From: the human T2T-CHM13v2.0 reference genome, Homo sapiens | Assembly (NCBI RefSeq): GCF_009914755.1 | Contig: NC_060935.1 | Length of the DNA: 64,000 bases | Direction: 5' to 3' (one strand) | Shown here: positions 1 to 13,773 of the stretch, one piece after another | How the letters are laid out: each line of letters starts with the position of its first letter | How positions within the stretch are numbered: position 1 is the first letter of the stretch | Program-made: the position numbers and the translations under genes | The notes under the pieces: model-generated | Told to the model about the DNA's origin: nothing | The model's database searches: none | What the model saw: the letters and a program-made list of their open reading frames with translations, nothing else

Positions 1-182
1 GACACAGGAAGGGGGACATCACACACCGGGGACTGTTGTGGGGTGGGGGGAGGGGGGAGGGATAGCATTAGGAGATATACCTAACGTAAATGACGAGTTA
101 ATGGGTGCAGCACACCAACATGGCACATGTATACATATGTAACAAACCTGCCCGTTGTGCACATGTACCCTAGAACTTAAAG

Positions 183-215
<33 letters not shown>
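1..215 (+). mobile_element. 3' end of young primate LINE-1 (L1PA3/PA4-like) with (AAT)n tail
   Basis: G-rich tract then GATAGCATTAGGAGATATACCTAA...GTACCCTAGAACTTAAAGTATAAT, matching the L1PA 3' UTR; the tail is an (AAT)n run. Confidence 0.95.
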
Positions 216-1497
216 CTCCTTTCTTTTTGCAAAAGCGGCAAATTGCTTCCTCTTCGGGTCACTTAGATCTCTGGGGACCATTGGACCCTTGCAAACTCCC
301 AACTTGCTTACTAAGTTGTGTTAGTTGTAAACTCACAATCTTAGAGACTGTTTCCTTTTCTTTCTCGATGATTGTTTGTGACAGTTAGTTAGCCAGGGTG
401 ACTAGGTGGCTAGTGGGCAAGGAAGCCCAAGCCACATTATTCATCTTCATTGGGGTTGCTAACTATTTAAACCTTGAATGAGCCTTCTACCATGCTCAAA
501 ATTTTCAGGAGGTATTCCTGAAAACTGAATGTCTTTTCACACCTGACACGAAAGTCAGGCACGGTTTCATTTGGGTGTATTTTACATTGTTGCACCCTTG
601 CCCAATTTATAACCTTGGGGAATATCTGTGGCGTATAGTTTCACAGAGGTGATTTACAAAGCTCTCTGCATTTATCTTTTCCAGTTGCATCTATTTTGTC
701 AAATCTTTTAAAGGCTGTTTCCAACCTGCTACTTTAAACCATTGTTCAGCTTTGTTTTTGGGGACGAGTAGCTCAATCAGCTGATACAGGTTAGACAAAC
801 TTGGATCACAAGTCTTAAGGGTTAATTGGAATGCCTTAGCAAACCCAAAAGGATTTTCAGTCAGACTGGGAAATTCAGACACCAAGGCCTTTAACTCTGA
901 TTTGGTCCAGGGAGTATGTATTATGTTAGGATCCCCTCTGCCTGTGGGTTTTATTCTAAAATAAACAACTACTATATTATTTTCTCTAGCTATTTTTGGT
1001 CACCCTGTGGCTTGAGGCAAGGGAGTAGGGGAAGGAGGAGGAAAAATGAAATTGTCCAGACAAGGAAGTTCAGAGAGTAGAGGGTTAGCAGGAACAGAAG
1101 GGAGACAGTTTCTGGAGCCTTCCTGATTTCAGAAGTGGCTTTTACTAATTTAATTCTGAGACAGTTTTACAATTTTTTTTGTTAACTTCCTGGAGGGAGG
1201 CAAGCTTATTATTCTTTTTGATAATTCTAAGTGCCAGCTAAAGTATAATTCCCATTCATTTTCTTTGATTTGGGAGCCTAAATGTTCTAATCTAGCGTGC
1301 AAGAAACCCAACTTAGGGATATCAAAAGTTCCCCATTTTGGAAACTTTACACCTAGGTTATCTTTAGTAAGATCTTCCCATTTACACAAATACTTGCAAG
1401 TAAAGGCACCATAGTTATTAAACAGAAACCCAGCTGACGTGCCTTTATGGGGCCACTCACCTTGCCTTTCCTCTTTTTTGGAGGGTTTATTTCCCAC
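216..1497 (-). pseudogene. gag: Decayed class I (ERV1, MER4-group) retroviral gag
   Basis: ORF 1150-1497 begins (GTG)GNKPS, a myristoylation-type N-terminus with matrix-like FPKWGTFD; capsid-like ORF 691-885; MHR-like VQQCKIHPNETVPDFRVR near 545-597; zinc-knuckle start CRFCKKKG at about 218-241; stops and frameshifts between segments. Confidence 0.85.
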
Positions 1498-1499
1498 TC

Positions 1500-1530
<31 letters not shown>

Positions 1531-2220
1531 AACTGACCCGTGGCCTAAGGTTTTTGTGTGGTGGATTGATATGTGCTGCTTGTGGGCAGGACTCTACAGT
1601 GTGTCAACACTGAGTTGTTTCTACCCTCTTACGTGTCTAACTTTCTTCAGAGGTGTATTACCTCTGAGAGGGCTTAAAACGCCAGGTGATCAGCCCTTAT
1701 ATGCATTTCCTGGACAAGCCTTTTTAAATTAATATTTGTTGGGGAGTTTCCTATAGCGCCACTGCACATTGCAGGGGGTCAACCCACCAGACTCTCCCAC
1801 AAGGCCCCCGGTCACTCAAGGGCACTGTTCAGCTGGGAGGAGCAAATTGCCCTTTCTCTTTGGAGCTGAGGAATTCAGCCTCTCATTTACTTATGAAAAA
1901 TACCAGTTTAGTTCCTCACACAAAGTACACACAGACAAGCCAATTGAGATTAATTTCGAGAGAGAAGACAACGGATTAAGACCCTTTTGAATGTACCTCT
2001 GAAACTAAAGATTTTAAACAACTTCCTAGGAGGAAAGAGGAAAAAAAACAGCTAAGAATAAATCAAGGACCATCAACCAAAACAAGAGGTCTGGGGCTCA
2101 GGAGGGCTTACCAGTTCCATCAATGCAGAAGCTCAAACTCGGTGAGGCTTCAATAGGCCCCTGCTTGTACCTTAGCTCCGGTTTTGGGCAACTCTTTTGT
2201 GGTTCTGAGTATTTTCCGAG

Positions 2221-2238
2221 GCCCCATGTTTGGCGCTG
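2221..2238 (-). promoter_or_regulatory. Degenerate retroviral primer-binding site (tRNA-Lys-like)
   Basis: Minus strand CAGCGCCAAACATGGGGC just after the LTR end resembles the PBS TGGCGCCCAACGTGGGGC. Confidence 0.6.
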
Positions 2239-2244
2239 GATTAT

Positions 2245-3000
2245 TGTCGACAAAAAGAGTCAAACTCTGTAAAATATTTGAAGAGATTTATTCTGAGCCA
2301 AATATGAGTGACCATGGCCTATGACACAGCCCTCTGGAGGTCCTGAGAGCATGGGCCCAAGGTAGTCAGGGTGCAGATTGGTTTTACATATTTTAGGGAC
2401 GCATGAGACATCAATCTAATACATTTAAGAAATACATTGGTTTGGTTCAAAAAGGCAGGACAACTCAAACTGGGGGCTTCCAGGCTATAGATAAATTTAA
2501 ATATTTTCTGGTTGACAATTGAACTTATCAGAAGACCTGGGATCAATGAAATGCAATGTTCAGGTTAAGATAAAGGATTATGGGGACCAAGTTTCATTGT
2601 GCAGAGGAATCTCTCAGCAGGCTGCAGAGAGAGAGAGAGAGAGCAGGTTGTAAAATGTTTCTTATTGGAACTAAAAGGGTGCCTGGTTCTTAGGTGATTA
2701 TCTCTTGGATCTGCAAAGAAAGGAAAGAAAACAAAAGGGGAAGGTGATTCTCCATAGAATGTAGATTTTTCCCACAACAGACTTTGCAGGGCAATTTCAA
2801 GGCATGGCAAGGAAGTATATTTGGGGGTCAAATATTTTCTTGTCTCATAAAGTTATGCCAGAGTCAGATTGAAAAGCAAGTCACAATATACAGGGTCAAA
2901 TAAAACCCATCTGATGAGAATCCATGGTTTGCTGGGCATGACTCCCCAGATCCCTTAGGTAGAAATTTGGGCAAGATAAAAAATCAGAGCTTAGTCCTCA
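2245..3000 (-). mobile_element. 5' LTR of ERV1 provirus (MER4-family-like)
   Basis: Minus strand starts TGAGGACTAAGCTCTGATTTTTTATCTTGCCC and ends ...GTCGACA; AATAAA near the 3' end; followed by PBS, leader and gag. Confidence 0.85.
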
Positions 3001-3590
3001 GATGGTATTTGTTTTCAGCTATTTGAGGTATCACCACATTGTCTTCCACACTGATTGAACTAATTTACACTTCCACCCACAGTGTATAAGCGTTCCTCTT
3101 TCTCCACAACCTTGCCAGCATCTGTTACTTTTGGCCTTTTTCATAATAGCCATTTTGACTGGTGTGAGAAGGTATCTCACTGCGGTTTTAATTTGCATTT
3201 TTCTAATAATCAGTGATGTTGAACTTTTTATCATATGATGATTGGCCACATGTATGTCTTCTTTTGAAAAGTGTTCATTCATGCCTTTTGCCCACTTTTT
3301 AATGAGGTTTTTCTCTTGTAAATTTGTTTGAATTCTTCATAGATGCTGGATATCAGACCTTTGTCAGATGCATAGTTCACAAAAATTTTCTCCCATTCTG
3401 TAGGTTGTCTGTTCACTCTGTTGATAGTTTCCTTTGCTGTGCAGAAGCTCTTTAATTAGATCTCATTTCTGAATTTTTGCTTTTGTTGTGATTGCTTTTA
3501 GTGACTTTGTCAGGAAATCTTTGCTTGTTCCTATGTCCAGAATGATATTTCCTACGTTGCCCTTCCAGGGTTTTTATAGTTTGGGGTTGT
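3001..3590 (-). mobile_element. LINE-1 ORF2 C-terminal fragment (host of the ERV insertion)
   Basis: ORF 3031-3282 (HFSKEDIH...[23 protein letters not shown]) is the L1 ORF2 cysteine-rich domain. Confidence 0.9.
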
Positions 3591-4161
3591 ATGATTTCAA
3601 TACTATCTCCTTGCTGTTCTTGCTGCTCTTCCAATCATATTATTACCCTTAACCAATTCTAATAAAACCCCTAGATTGAAAGACCTACTTTAAACAAGAA
3701 TCCACAGCTGATAAGTATTCTAACTTTGCCTTCCATACTCCCAGACATTGCTAAGATTTTTATCAAGTAAATGCTCTCCCTCACTCTACGAAAAAAAAAA
3801 AAAAAAAATCCTTGCTTTGCCTTACCAACAGGTTCTATTTTTAGGGAACTAGCACCTAACAGTCTCTTATTGCATTTGTTTTCTGACCTAAGAGACCATT
3901 TTTAAGGTGGTTGTAGGATTGGTAGTGGACACCAGATTATCTGTAATTGTTAGCACAGTCCAGCCTTGAGACATCTTTACTAACCTTTATCAAAGTCTGA
4001 AATAGTCTTCTACTTAATTTCCACATGATCACTTCCTCAGGTCTCTTTATATATTTCCTTGTAAGAAAAGGCTTTCACCCCTCTATTCATGCTACCGCTT
4101 TTCCCCAATTATTGCTCATAGCCTTTATCACTATCTAAAATATTTAATTCCTGATTCCCAC

Positions 4162-4517
4162 TATCTTAGCTTTCTATCATTACAACAGACACAGATTGGA
4201 TAATTTATAAAGAACAGAAGCTTATTTGGCTCATGGTAGTAGAGGTTGGGAAGCCCAAGAGCATGGGGACTACAGCTGTCAAGGGTTATCCCCTTGCTGA
4301 GAACAAGCACTCAGGACAGAGAAAATGGGGGCCAAACGTATGCTTTTATCAGGAATCCACTCCTGGGATAACTAACCCACTCCTGTGATAATGGCATTAA
4401 TCCATTAATGAGAGCAGAACCCTCATGATCTAGTATCCTCGTAAAGACTCACCTCTTAATAACATCACAATGATAAATTTCAATATGAGTTTTGGAGAGG
4501 ACATTCAAACCATAGCA
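4162..4517 (-). mobile_element. MaLR solo LTR (MST/MLT1A-like)
   Basis: Ends ACATTCAAACCATAGCA (reverse complement of the TGCTATGGTTTGAATGT start); typical MaLR internal motifs. Confidence 0.8.
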
Positions 4518-7500
4518 CTCAGCAATAGAATGCAGGATCTTATAGAATATAAACTTTATTACTATAATTCTAGCATGCAGTATAGGGACTCATGTTAAGT
4601 AAAAGATTAATAAATATATAATAAGCGAATGCAAAATGAATTCTGTGGTAGGTGTGAAATAAAGAAATGTGTACAATGCGAAGAGTTATTACTAAGTAGG
4701 TGAAAGAGGGAGATAGGAAATAATGTAACAGATCAAAAAAATTTCTAAGGTTGATACATTTTTAAGAATGGGAAATACATGCTCATGGAAAACAACCCAT
4801 GAGGAAAACAAGAAGCAATTAATAGAGTAACACAATTAAGTGCTGAAGTACATGGAATTTAGAATAGGGATGAAGTATTTTGGTTCCAATAGGAGAAATA
4901 ACTCTTCCATTTTCATCGATGGTCTAAGGAAATGATTGGAAAGCAAATGAATGATAAAAATAGTTCACCATATAACATTTTTTGAAAAATAAATAGGAGC
5001 TTTAGATATGTGGAGAAGATTCTATTTTGTCTATTAAGTTGGAAGTGAGGTTACTTGCTACAGTTAAATGCACCTGGTGGTAAGATAAAAGGATTAAAAA
5101 AACAGATATTTTAAAATAGTAAATTTTATGAGCAGAAGAGAACTCATTAGGTATATTTTGGAAGATACTAGGAAACATCGAGAAACCATTTGAGTTTTGA
5201 GACCATAAATTTTCAGTGTTGTATTAGTTCTCCTGTGTTACTCACCAGGAAAGATATAGGAATGAAGGAGAGCAGTACAGTGAAAAATAATAATTGCAGT
5301 TATGCTTATTTTTAAGAAGTAATTGTTCTGCATAGCAATTTGATAATAAGCCTGTCTTACTAGAATAATGCTAACTAAATTATTTAAATCTTATGTGCTA
5401 CCTAGATGAATTCTAAGACTTTTAGCCATAGAACATTCTCACCATCAGGATCCTATAAAATTTTTGTTGGGTCTAAATTTCAATGCTTTTTTTAACTTTT
5501 GCAATTAGAATATTAGTAAATTTAACATTATTTATTAAAAGAAAACTGAGAAAACTTGAAACTTCAAGGTATTTAAGAAATTCTGCTTCATCTTCAAAAT
5601 AGATCAAGAACAAAATTTTTCAGTTAAGATCATTAACAAAATCAGATAATTTTCTAAAGTCATATTTAAATCATTCTTATTCTATTCATGTCCATCCAAA
5701 GACTAAAATTTACAATTATGAAGAAACAAATATGCCCCTTCAGCAGGAGTTCAGCATAAGATTAAATTTAAATGTACTAACACATACCTTTATTTCTTAA
5801 AGAGAATTTTCTTCAAAAATAAAATTTAAGAAATACCTGAGTCATTATGAAAGTTAAATGTGTGTGGAAGGTCTACATAAATGAGCTTATTATCAGATTG
5901 CTTTGGTTTCTAATATATTCTTCTTAGCTAGCTTAATTCATCATACTTGAAGAGGAATTTTAAAATTAGCTACCATTAATTGTGATTCATTCTACTTCCA
6001 TGCTCTTTTATAAGACTTGCAGTTTAACTTTTTACTCCATTAGTATATAAATTCTTAGAAGAAGAACAAGGTCCTCTTTGTATTTATATCCTCAGTGCCT
6101 AACATATGACTAGCACATTCAGGCATTCACTAAATGTTTCGACTTAGGAGTTGGGTTAAGGAAAGAAAATTACAAGGATTGAACTGTGGTAGAAAAAGTT
6201 TCTAATAAAGATGCACATCATAAACGAGGCATGGCACCCATCAGTTTTTACTTACTGGAATGAGAAAGCGTTGAAACATTTATAAGATAAATTGTAAACT
6301 ATATTAGTTATCAACAAACCATTCAGAGTTGTTTACAGAGAAAGTGCTATTGTTATTGTAGCAAAATTGAGCAATTATCATTCCCAAGGAGAAAAATGTG
6401 ACATCTCATTGTCACAAGCAGTTGGAACACAAAAAATTGTGTTCTAATAAAGATGATAACTTAAATATGTACATGAATTCTGACACATGGAAATTTTAAT
6501 TATAAAAGTGACAGAAAAGACATTTTTAAATTTGTTGTATTGACATATATATACACACACACAGTTTAACACATAAATTAGAAATTGTTATGTATCAATT
6601 GGCTTTTGTTGTAAAAATGATTGATTAGTTATTTTTGGTTTCATAGCAATAATAAATCATTTTTAAATTGTAAGCTTGGTAACCTCAGAAATTAATGGAG
6701 GCCCTTATATTTGTAAATGTGACAACAGCAGGCTAACTGTTCTACTGAACACAGAAAATATTTTGCCATTGCAGAAATATTATTAAGAAACATGTATTGG
6801 GTATGGTCATTTGAAGTGCCACATAGAATTATGAATGTTGTTTTTTTAATATCTCAGACTTATTTTTCTAAAATAGATCTTACATAGAGCTATGCAGATG
6901 TAAAAAACTTATGTTTTGAGCTTCAAATGGATTTGAGTTTATATTATTAAGCAGACTAACTTTTCTTTCAAAATAACTCCCAATAAGTCTTAAGGAAATT
7001 GTCTGTTTTTCAAGTAAAAGCTTTCTAAGTTTTAGTTATTTTGTAATCTCTTTCATAAGCTTTACTCTCCCCTATCCTATTATCAGGTTTGGAACCTCAG
7101 ATAGGATATAAGTTCATGTAACTGAGGAGATTCAATGAGATGGAACATGTATTGACATTAAAACTAGTTTGACTTAATGTGCAGCAATAATATCTCCAAA
7201 TTTTGCAGCAAACCACTGGAAAGAAAAGTAACTTCTTTTTTTCAATAATCTGTATTAAGTCTCATCACTTTTCAAGATTGTTTTGCTAAATTTGAAAGGC
7301 TTATATACAGGTGAAAAGTATGGTTAAGACTAAATGAATGAAATATATAGAGAGAAAATGGAATTCTGCATAAAAATTAGAATAATGTAAGTATTGCAAT
7401 ATTGAAAATGGAAAGCTTTCATATATTTGTATGTTTCTAAAAGGCATTATAGAGACATGTTCTTCACAGGCAGACTATGTGCCTTACACGTGGTAGAATA

Positions 7501-7709
7501 TGTGATAGAAATATCTGATAGTTATATACTTTTTCTATTTTTCAAATGATTTCATACTCCACAGTATAAGTAGCTTTTGATTACCTTGAAAAATATAACA
7601 CTTTCCAATCTCTAATATCTCTGATTTTAAAAATGAATTAGGTTGTTAAAATCTAGCTCTGACTGAAAAACATAAACCTAAATCAGTTATGGAGTCTCCC
7701 AGTTTTTAA

Positions 7710-8540
7710 AATATAGACTATGTTTTAAAGCAGTTTAGGTTCGTAGCAAAATTGAGTATAAAGTTCAGGGAGCTCCCATATACCTCTTCACCCCACTATG
7801 CACAGCCTTCTCCACCATCACCATCCTGCCCCAGAGTGGTACATTTATTACATTTGATGAAACTACATTGACACATCATCACCCCAAGTCCAGAGTTTAC
7901 ATTAGGGTTCACTTTTGGTGTCGTGCATCAAAACCGGTGTTCAAAACACTGGTTTTGAAACGTGTAATGACATGTATCCAACATTACAGTATAATACAGT
8001 AATTCACTGCCTCAAAATGGTAATTCACTGCCTCAAAAATCCCCTACACTTCACCTGTTCATCTCTCCTGTTTCCTCCAACTCCCGGAAACCATTGATCA
8101 TTTTACTATTTCCAATGTTTTGCCTTTCCAGAATGCTATGTATTTGGAATCATACAGCACATAGCCTTTTCATATTTGCTCATATACTTAGTAATATACA
8201 TTTAAGTTTCCTCATGTTTCTGACCTGATAGCTCATTTTAAAAATTGGTGAATAATATTCCATTGCATGGATATAACATTATTTATCCATTCACCTACTG
8301 AAGGAGACCGTGATTGTGTGTAAGTTTTGGCAATTATTGATAAAGCTGCTATAAACATCCGTGAGTAGGTTTTTGTGTGAATGTAAGTTTTCAGCTCTTT
8401 GGCATAAATACCAAGGATGACAATTGCTGGATTGTACAGTAAGAGTATGTTTACTTGTGTAAGAAGCTGCTAAACTGCCTTCCCAAGTGGCTATAACATT
8501 TTGCATTCCCACCATCAGTGAGTGGGAGTTCCTGTTGCTC
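7710..8540 (-). mobile_element. Old LINE-1 3' end (L1MB/MC-like)
   Basis: Antisense L1 3' UTR and ORF2-end motifs (CATTTTGCATTCCCACCA, AGCTGCTATAAACATCC). Confidence 0.85.
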
Positions 8541-9774
8541 CAGGGTCTTCCACTTTTAAATTGAGAAACCTATCAAAATTTACTGAATATATATTAATTA
8601 TATATATTTGCATTTTATGATTGTTTCAGCACTCTAATATATACATATTGAAATTTTCAAAGAAGAGACACTACTACAACATACTAGATTAATAAATAAT
8701 TAAGAAATTGATGTAATGCACCAACATAGCTGAATTAGGTGGGAGGGGAGGGCGGAAATGAGAAAATATTTCACAAAGGAAGCCATACAACTTTATCTTA
8801 TTATACCAGCTATATGCTATCATGTTCTGGGCTCTTTAGTAGATTGAGAACGGTGTTTCCCAGAGATAAATTACCATCCTCTGATACTTTTCTGTACATT
8901 TACACTAAAGAAAACTTCACAGCAAATATGAACACAGTAACATCAACACAGTAATATCACAATTTACATCTCATATGCCAATTATCATTTGCCTTGAAAG
9001 CGAAATAGAACCAAATCTCAGTTACTCTTTTTCTCCCTCCCCAACAGAGACTGTTTGCCTTTGGATTCAGTACTCTCTCTCTGTCACTTGGTCACACAGT
9101 TATGAAATGCATGTCATTCCAGACATTTTCTTAATTGCCTTAGTAGGCAATTAACTACTTATTCATAGTATATCTACTTTAATCCTCACACCACCACTGT
9201 GGAATGGTATAATTATTAAAATTATATAAATGATGAAATTGAAGTGAGCCAAAAAATAAAAATACACATACACATTATGCTGTTTGGAAAAAATAATTAA
9301 AAGTATTTTGGTGGTCATAGGAAGAATACGCAGGTATAGAGGTAATACAGCATATATTAAAAGAAATTAAAGATGAATGTGAATTCAGAATAAGAATTCT
9401 GAAATTCAGAAACCTACCTTATGTGATTGTTGTGAGAATAAATTGGAATACTTGAGCATGAAATGATTAATATAGTTAATTGAACCAAAGTATTTATTTT
9501 GGTTATTACTATTGTTATTATTTCATGTATTCACTTAGCAAACATTGAGTGGCTTTTGTGTTTCAGATATTGTATGCTTTCTGGACTTCAGGTGTGAGTA
9601 TCACTGTCACCGGTGCTTTAAGCAACGCTTAAAGTTTGAGAAGCATTGCTCTAGGAGAGAGGCAAATAGGCAAGGCTTAAGGGTAGGGTCAAGATTGGAG
9701 AAGGTTTATGTAGTTGAGACAATTGATGTGACAGATATCAGAGGTAAAGGCGTATTCACAATACATACATATTA

Positions 9775-9914
9775 GCATATATAGGTACAAGTATATACAT
9801 ATATATGTGTGTATATATGTATATGTGTGTGTATATATGTATATGTGTGTGTACATATGTATATGTGTGTGTATATATGTGTGTGGGTGTATATATGTGT
9901 GTGTGTATATATAT
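9775..9914. repeat. Compound (TA)n/(TG)n microsatellite
   Basis: Repeated GTATATATGTATATGTGTGT-like units. Confidence 0.95.
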
Positions 9915-11809
9915 AAGCAATTATCTATGTATTATATTGTGGTTTAGGATTTAATATTCATGACCATCAGCATCTATGTCTAACAATGCTGAGAAAATGA
10001 TTGTGACATTTATACAAATCCTTTATTATTTGTAATTAAGATTAATTAAGGTAAAAATGCAATATATCTTATTGAATGAGGACTAATAAATGATATGATC
10101 TTCATTTTAATCAATGTTCCTGCCCCTGTCGAGTGCACCAGACAATATATTGCTGCTTTGGATTGTCTCCATCATATTCAAAAAAATTATAAGCCTCTAA
10201 GGCAATTTTAACTTTCCAATTGAAAATTAGATTATATTACATGGGATTCTACACAAATTATATTAGGATCTAAAAAGGAAATATAGACTCTGATAAACTC
10301 ACAAATGAGTAATTTGAATTTTGAACAGTTGAGAAATATTGTTGCATTCACTTATACCAAATATGAAGGGTTAAATATTTGAGGAAGAAATCAGTTCATT
10401 TAAATCCTGCTATTACCACTGTACTTCCTGTTGTTTGATGCTCTATTTCTTGACATGTAATAAAAACTTTTACACAGCTGTACTAAATAAGAGAAAGAAC
10501 CAGGGATCATTCTCCTTGAAACAGACGTAAAAATTTGAAATTAAGATATGTTGTAGTAGATGTAGAAATTGACTTCTGTTTTTAAAATTTTGTGTTGAAA
10601 GTAAAGATGTTTTCATGCAAGGAGGAAAGAAAAAGCATTCACTTTTTATTTAAGAGTTAACATAGATACTCTAGGTCAAGATGATGTATATAACAAATAC
10701 TAAATATTTTATCCTCCAACTAGAGGATATCTTTCAGATAAAATGTGAAAATAATAATTAAGCACATACCTATGCTTAAACAAATTTGTATAGACAAGAA
10801 ATAGAAAATATAGAAAGCAATGGCTAAAGCTCTACAGAAAAATTGCTTGTGGGGAGCTGAGAACAGGAAGGGAGCCCATCACTTACTAGAGGATGGAGTC
10901 AAATTCAGTCTCCATACAGTGTGAGACTGGGGCTGCATGTGCAATTTAAATCGAGGTCTAGGAAGACAGTGCATGAATTGATGTTAGAATACTTCACCTG
11001 TTTGCCTAAGGTTGTAGCTAATGAAGAAAACTGGCCTGAGATTGAGGCATAGCATACTCATGTGCTGTACTACCTGTGATTAAAGACCCCAGGATAACAT
11101 CATGTCTGTTGGTTGACAAATCAGAACTGATTCACTAACGTCAGCTGATTTAATATCATATATACTAACATCTTTGAAATCATCTACAAGGGATAATATT
11201 TATGTATTTAAATCAGAAACTCATCAACAAGAACTACAAAGCTATGATAAGACTAATAAATACACTCAAAAGACCAAAAATTAAAATAAGGAATAGGACA
11301 AATATAACAATTTGAAAATGTTTAATTAATTGTATTTAAATTTTAAAAGAGTTAAATTAGGAATTAGCAACAGTGATCCAAAAATAAAAGTTTATGAAAC
11401 AAAATCTGTTGGTTATAAAAACTGAAAACTAAAAAACTACCAATAGCACAACAGATACATATACTGCAATATATTCATATTTTCACTGTGTAATAATATT
11501 CAATGATGAGCTATTATGCAATGTCTGAAATAAACAAAAGGGAGTTTCTGAGGTCCTAATATTGTACTTCTTGATCTCAGTACATATTGTATACATTTTT
11601 ATTTTGGGCAAATTCATCAATATTTCCAATTGTAATATGTGCATATTTGTGGATTCATATAATACTTTTAATCTTTTAAACATGTAGTTGATAATCAGAA
11701 AAACAGTAACATACCAAAAATAAAAAATGTAGTCACTGAAATTGTAAAGGCAATAGATAGGTTAGTTGGCAGACGTGAAACATATATATATATAGGGAAT
11801 TAGCAGATT

Positions 11810-12060
11810 ATTAGTCAATAACTATAAAGGCTTTACTATGTGCCAAGCAGTGTTCTGAGCACATAATACATTGATTATTTAATCATCACAACAAATCCCC
11901 AATATCCCCTTTCTGCAAATAAGGAGATTGAAGGACATACAAGTTAAGCAATGTTCCCCAAAATACTTGATAATTTTCAATTAAGAGATGATACCTATAT
12001 TCTGACCAAGGTATTCTGGTTCCAGAGTCCAAGTCTTAACTGCATGTCTGTATTTATTGC
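11810..12060 (-). mobile_element. MIR remnant
   Basis: TACTATGTGCCAAGCAGTGTTCTGAGCAC...AATCATCACAAC...AAGTTAAGCAATGTTCCC resembles the MIR core. Confidence 0.6.
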
Positions 12061-12529
12061 TCTGCATTTCAAAGACTATAACTGAGAAATTCACCAACAA
12101 CACAGTGATGAGGCATTATACATCTTTTCATTTAACAAATATAAATTGAGTACCTGCAGTGAGTCAGCCACTGTTCTAGGCATTTGGGATGCATTAGTTG
12201 TTGGGGTGGGGGAGGGAGAAAACTGACAAATATCTCCATTTATATGGATCTTATATCGTTTGCTAGAAAGTATAAAAGATATAAAAAGGGATTGAATCAT
12301 TCTGTTAGGTAAGAAATCATAACTTAGCTGTTGTACCAATAGTCCAATAATGTTTTCAGAAAAAGAATTCAAAGAATGGTGCAGAGGCAAAATTCTAAAC
12401 CATATGGGTGAAGAATTTCCTACAACTAAAGAAAATTGTAAATCCCTAATTTGACAATAACAATCAATGAAAGTTTTACGTCTTAATTATCATTCATACT
12501 TTTTTCCCTAAAGTCCCTGCAAATTTTAA

Positions 12530-12715
12530 AAAATGTATTTACTTTTAATTGACAAAATGAATTTTGTATGTTTTTGGTGTACAATGTGATATTCTGATAA
12601 ATGTATGTATTGCAGAAAAATTTAATAAAGCTAATTAACATATCTATCACCTCACCAGTTTATCTTTTTCATGGTGAGAATGTTAAAAATCTATTATTTT
12701 TGCAATTTTTAACAT
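12530..12715 (-). mobile_element. L1MA-like 3' terminal fragment
   Basis: TTTTAATTGACAAAA...GTGTACAATGTGATATT...ATCACCTCAC, antisense L1MA 3' end. Confidence 0.7.
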
Positions 12716-13447
12716 TTCATAGATTTACCTCTACATAAGTTTCAGTTTTGGGGCAAATTGTGAATAAAACTGTTTTCCAAATTATATCTAATTATTTATG
12801 ATAAATGAGAATTATTTCATATTATATTCTCATGTCAAATCAAAACCAACTCTTAGATCTAATCTACTAAAACATAGTCTATAGATCTGGTGTTTTCCGT
12901 ATAGACTATCAAGACTCTTAAAGAACAATTCTATTTCAGATGATTTGCCTATTGCATTCATGTATAATAGATACTTATACTTTTTGCCTACCAAGAATAT
13001 TTTAACACTCCAATTTTGTTTGGATAATTTTTCACATTTTATTTTTCATATGAAATATACAGATTAATAATTCATTTTCCTAGCATAGCTCTTAGCCAGA
13101 GCTAAAAAACACAAATTTTCCTTTTAAAATCTCGTAGATTTTCATAGGTATTTAAATATACTGCAGCATAATTTACGTGTAGTAACATACATCAATTTTA
13201 AGTGTAGAGGTCAATGATTTTAGACAAAAGTTTAAAGCCATATGCCCACCATCCCAATCAAATTAATTTCCAACGACAAAAAAGTTTTTCTTTGTCATAA
13301 ATCTACCCAACTTCCACTTCAGGAACACAGTTATCTGATCAATATTCAATATAGGTTAACTTTTTTCTCAGTACTTGAACTTCATGAAAATGGAATAACA
13401 TACTATATATTCATTTATGTCTGTCTTGGTTTCTTTTACTGACAATA

Positions 13448-13773
13448 CAGTCAGATGACATTTAATGATGGAGATATGTTCTGAAAAGTGCATGGTTAGG
13501 TGAGTTTTTCATTGTATGAACATTATAGAGTATAGTTGCACAAACTTAGATGGTATAGTTCATTGTACACACAGGCTGTATGAAAAGCCTATTGCTCCTA
13601 GGCTACATACCATGTATGTAAAATAGTATGTTACTGTAAAATGGTAGAGTAAAATTACAGTATAAAAGATAAAAAATGGTACACCTGTATAAGGCAGCAT
13701 CATTATCTATCTTTTGAGACCTCCATTGTATATGTGTCCATCACTGACCAAAATATTACGTGGTGTATGTCTA
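13448..13773. mobile_element. Tigger3/GOLEM-like non-autonomous DNA transposon
   Basis: TA-flanked CAGTCA... terminus and GCCTATTGCTCCTAGGCTACA core. Confidence 0.75.
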
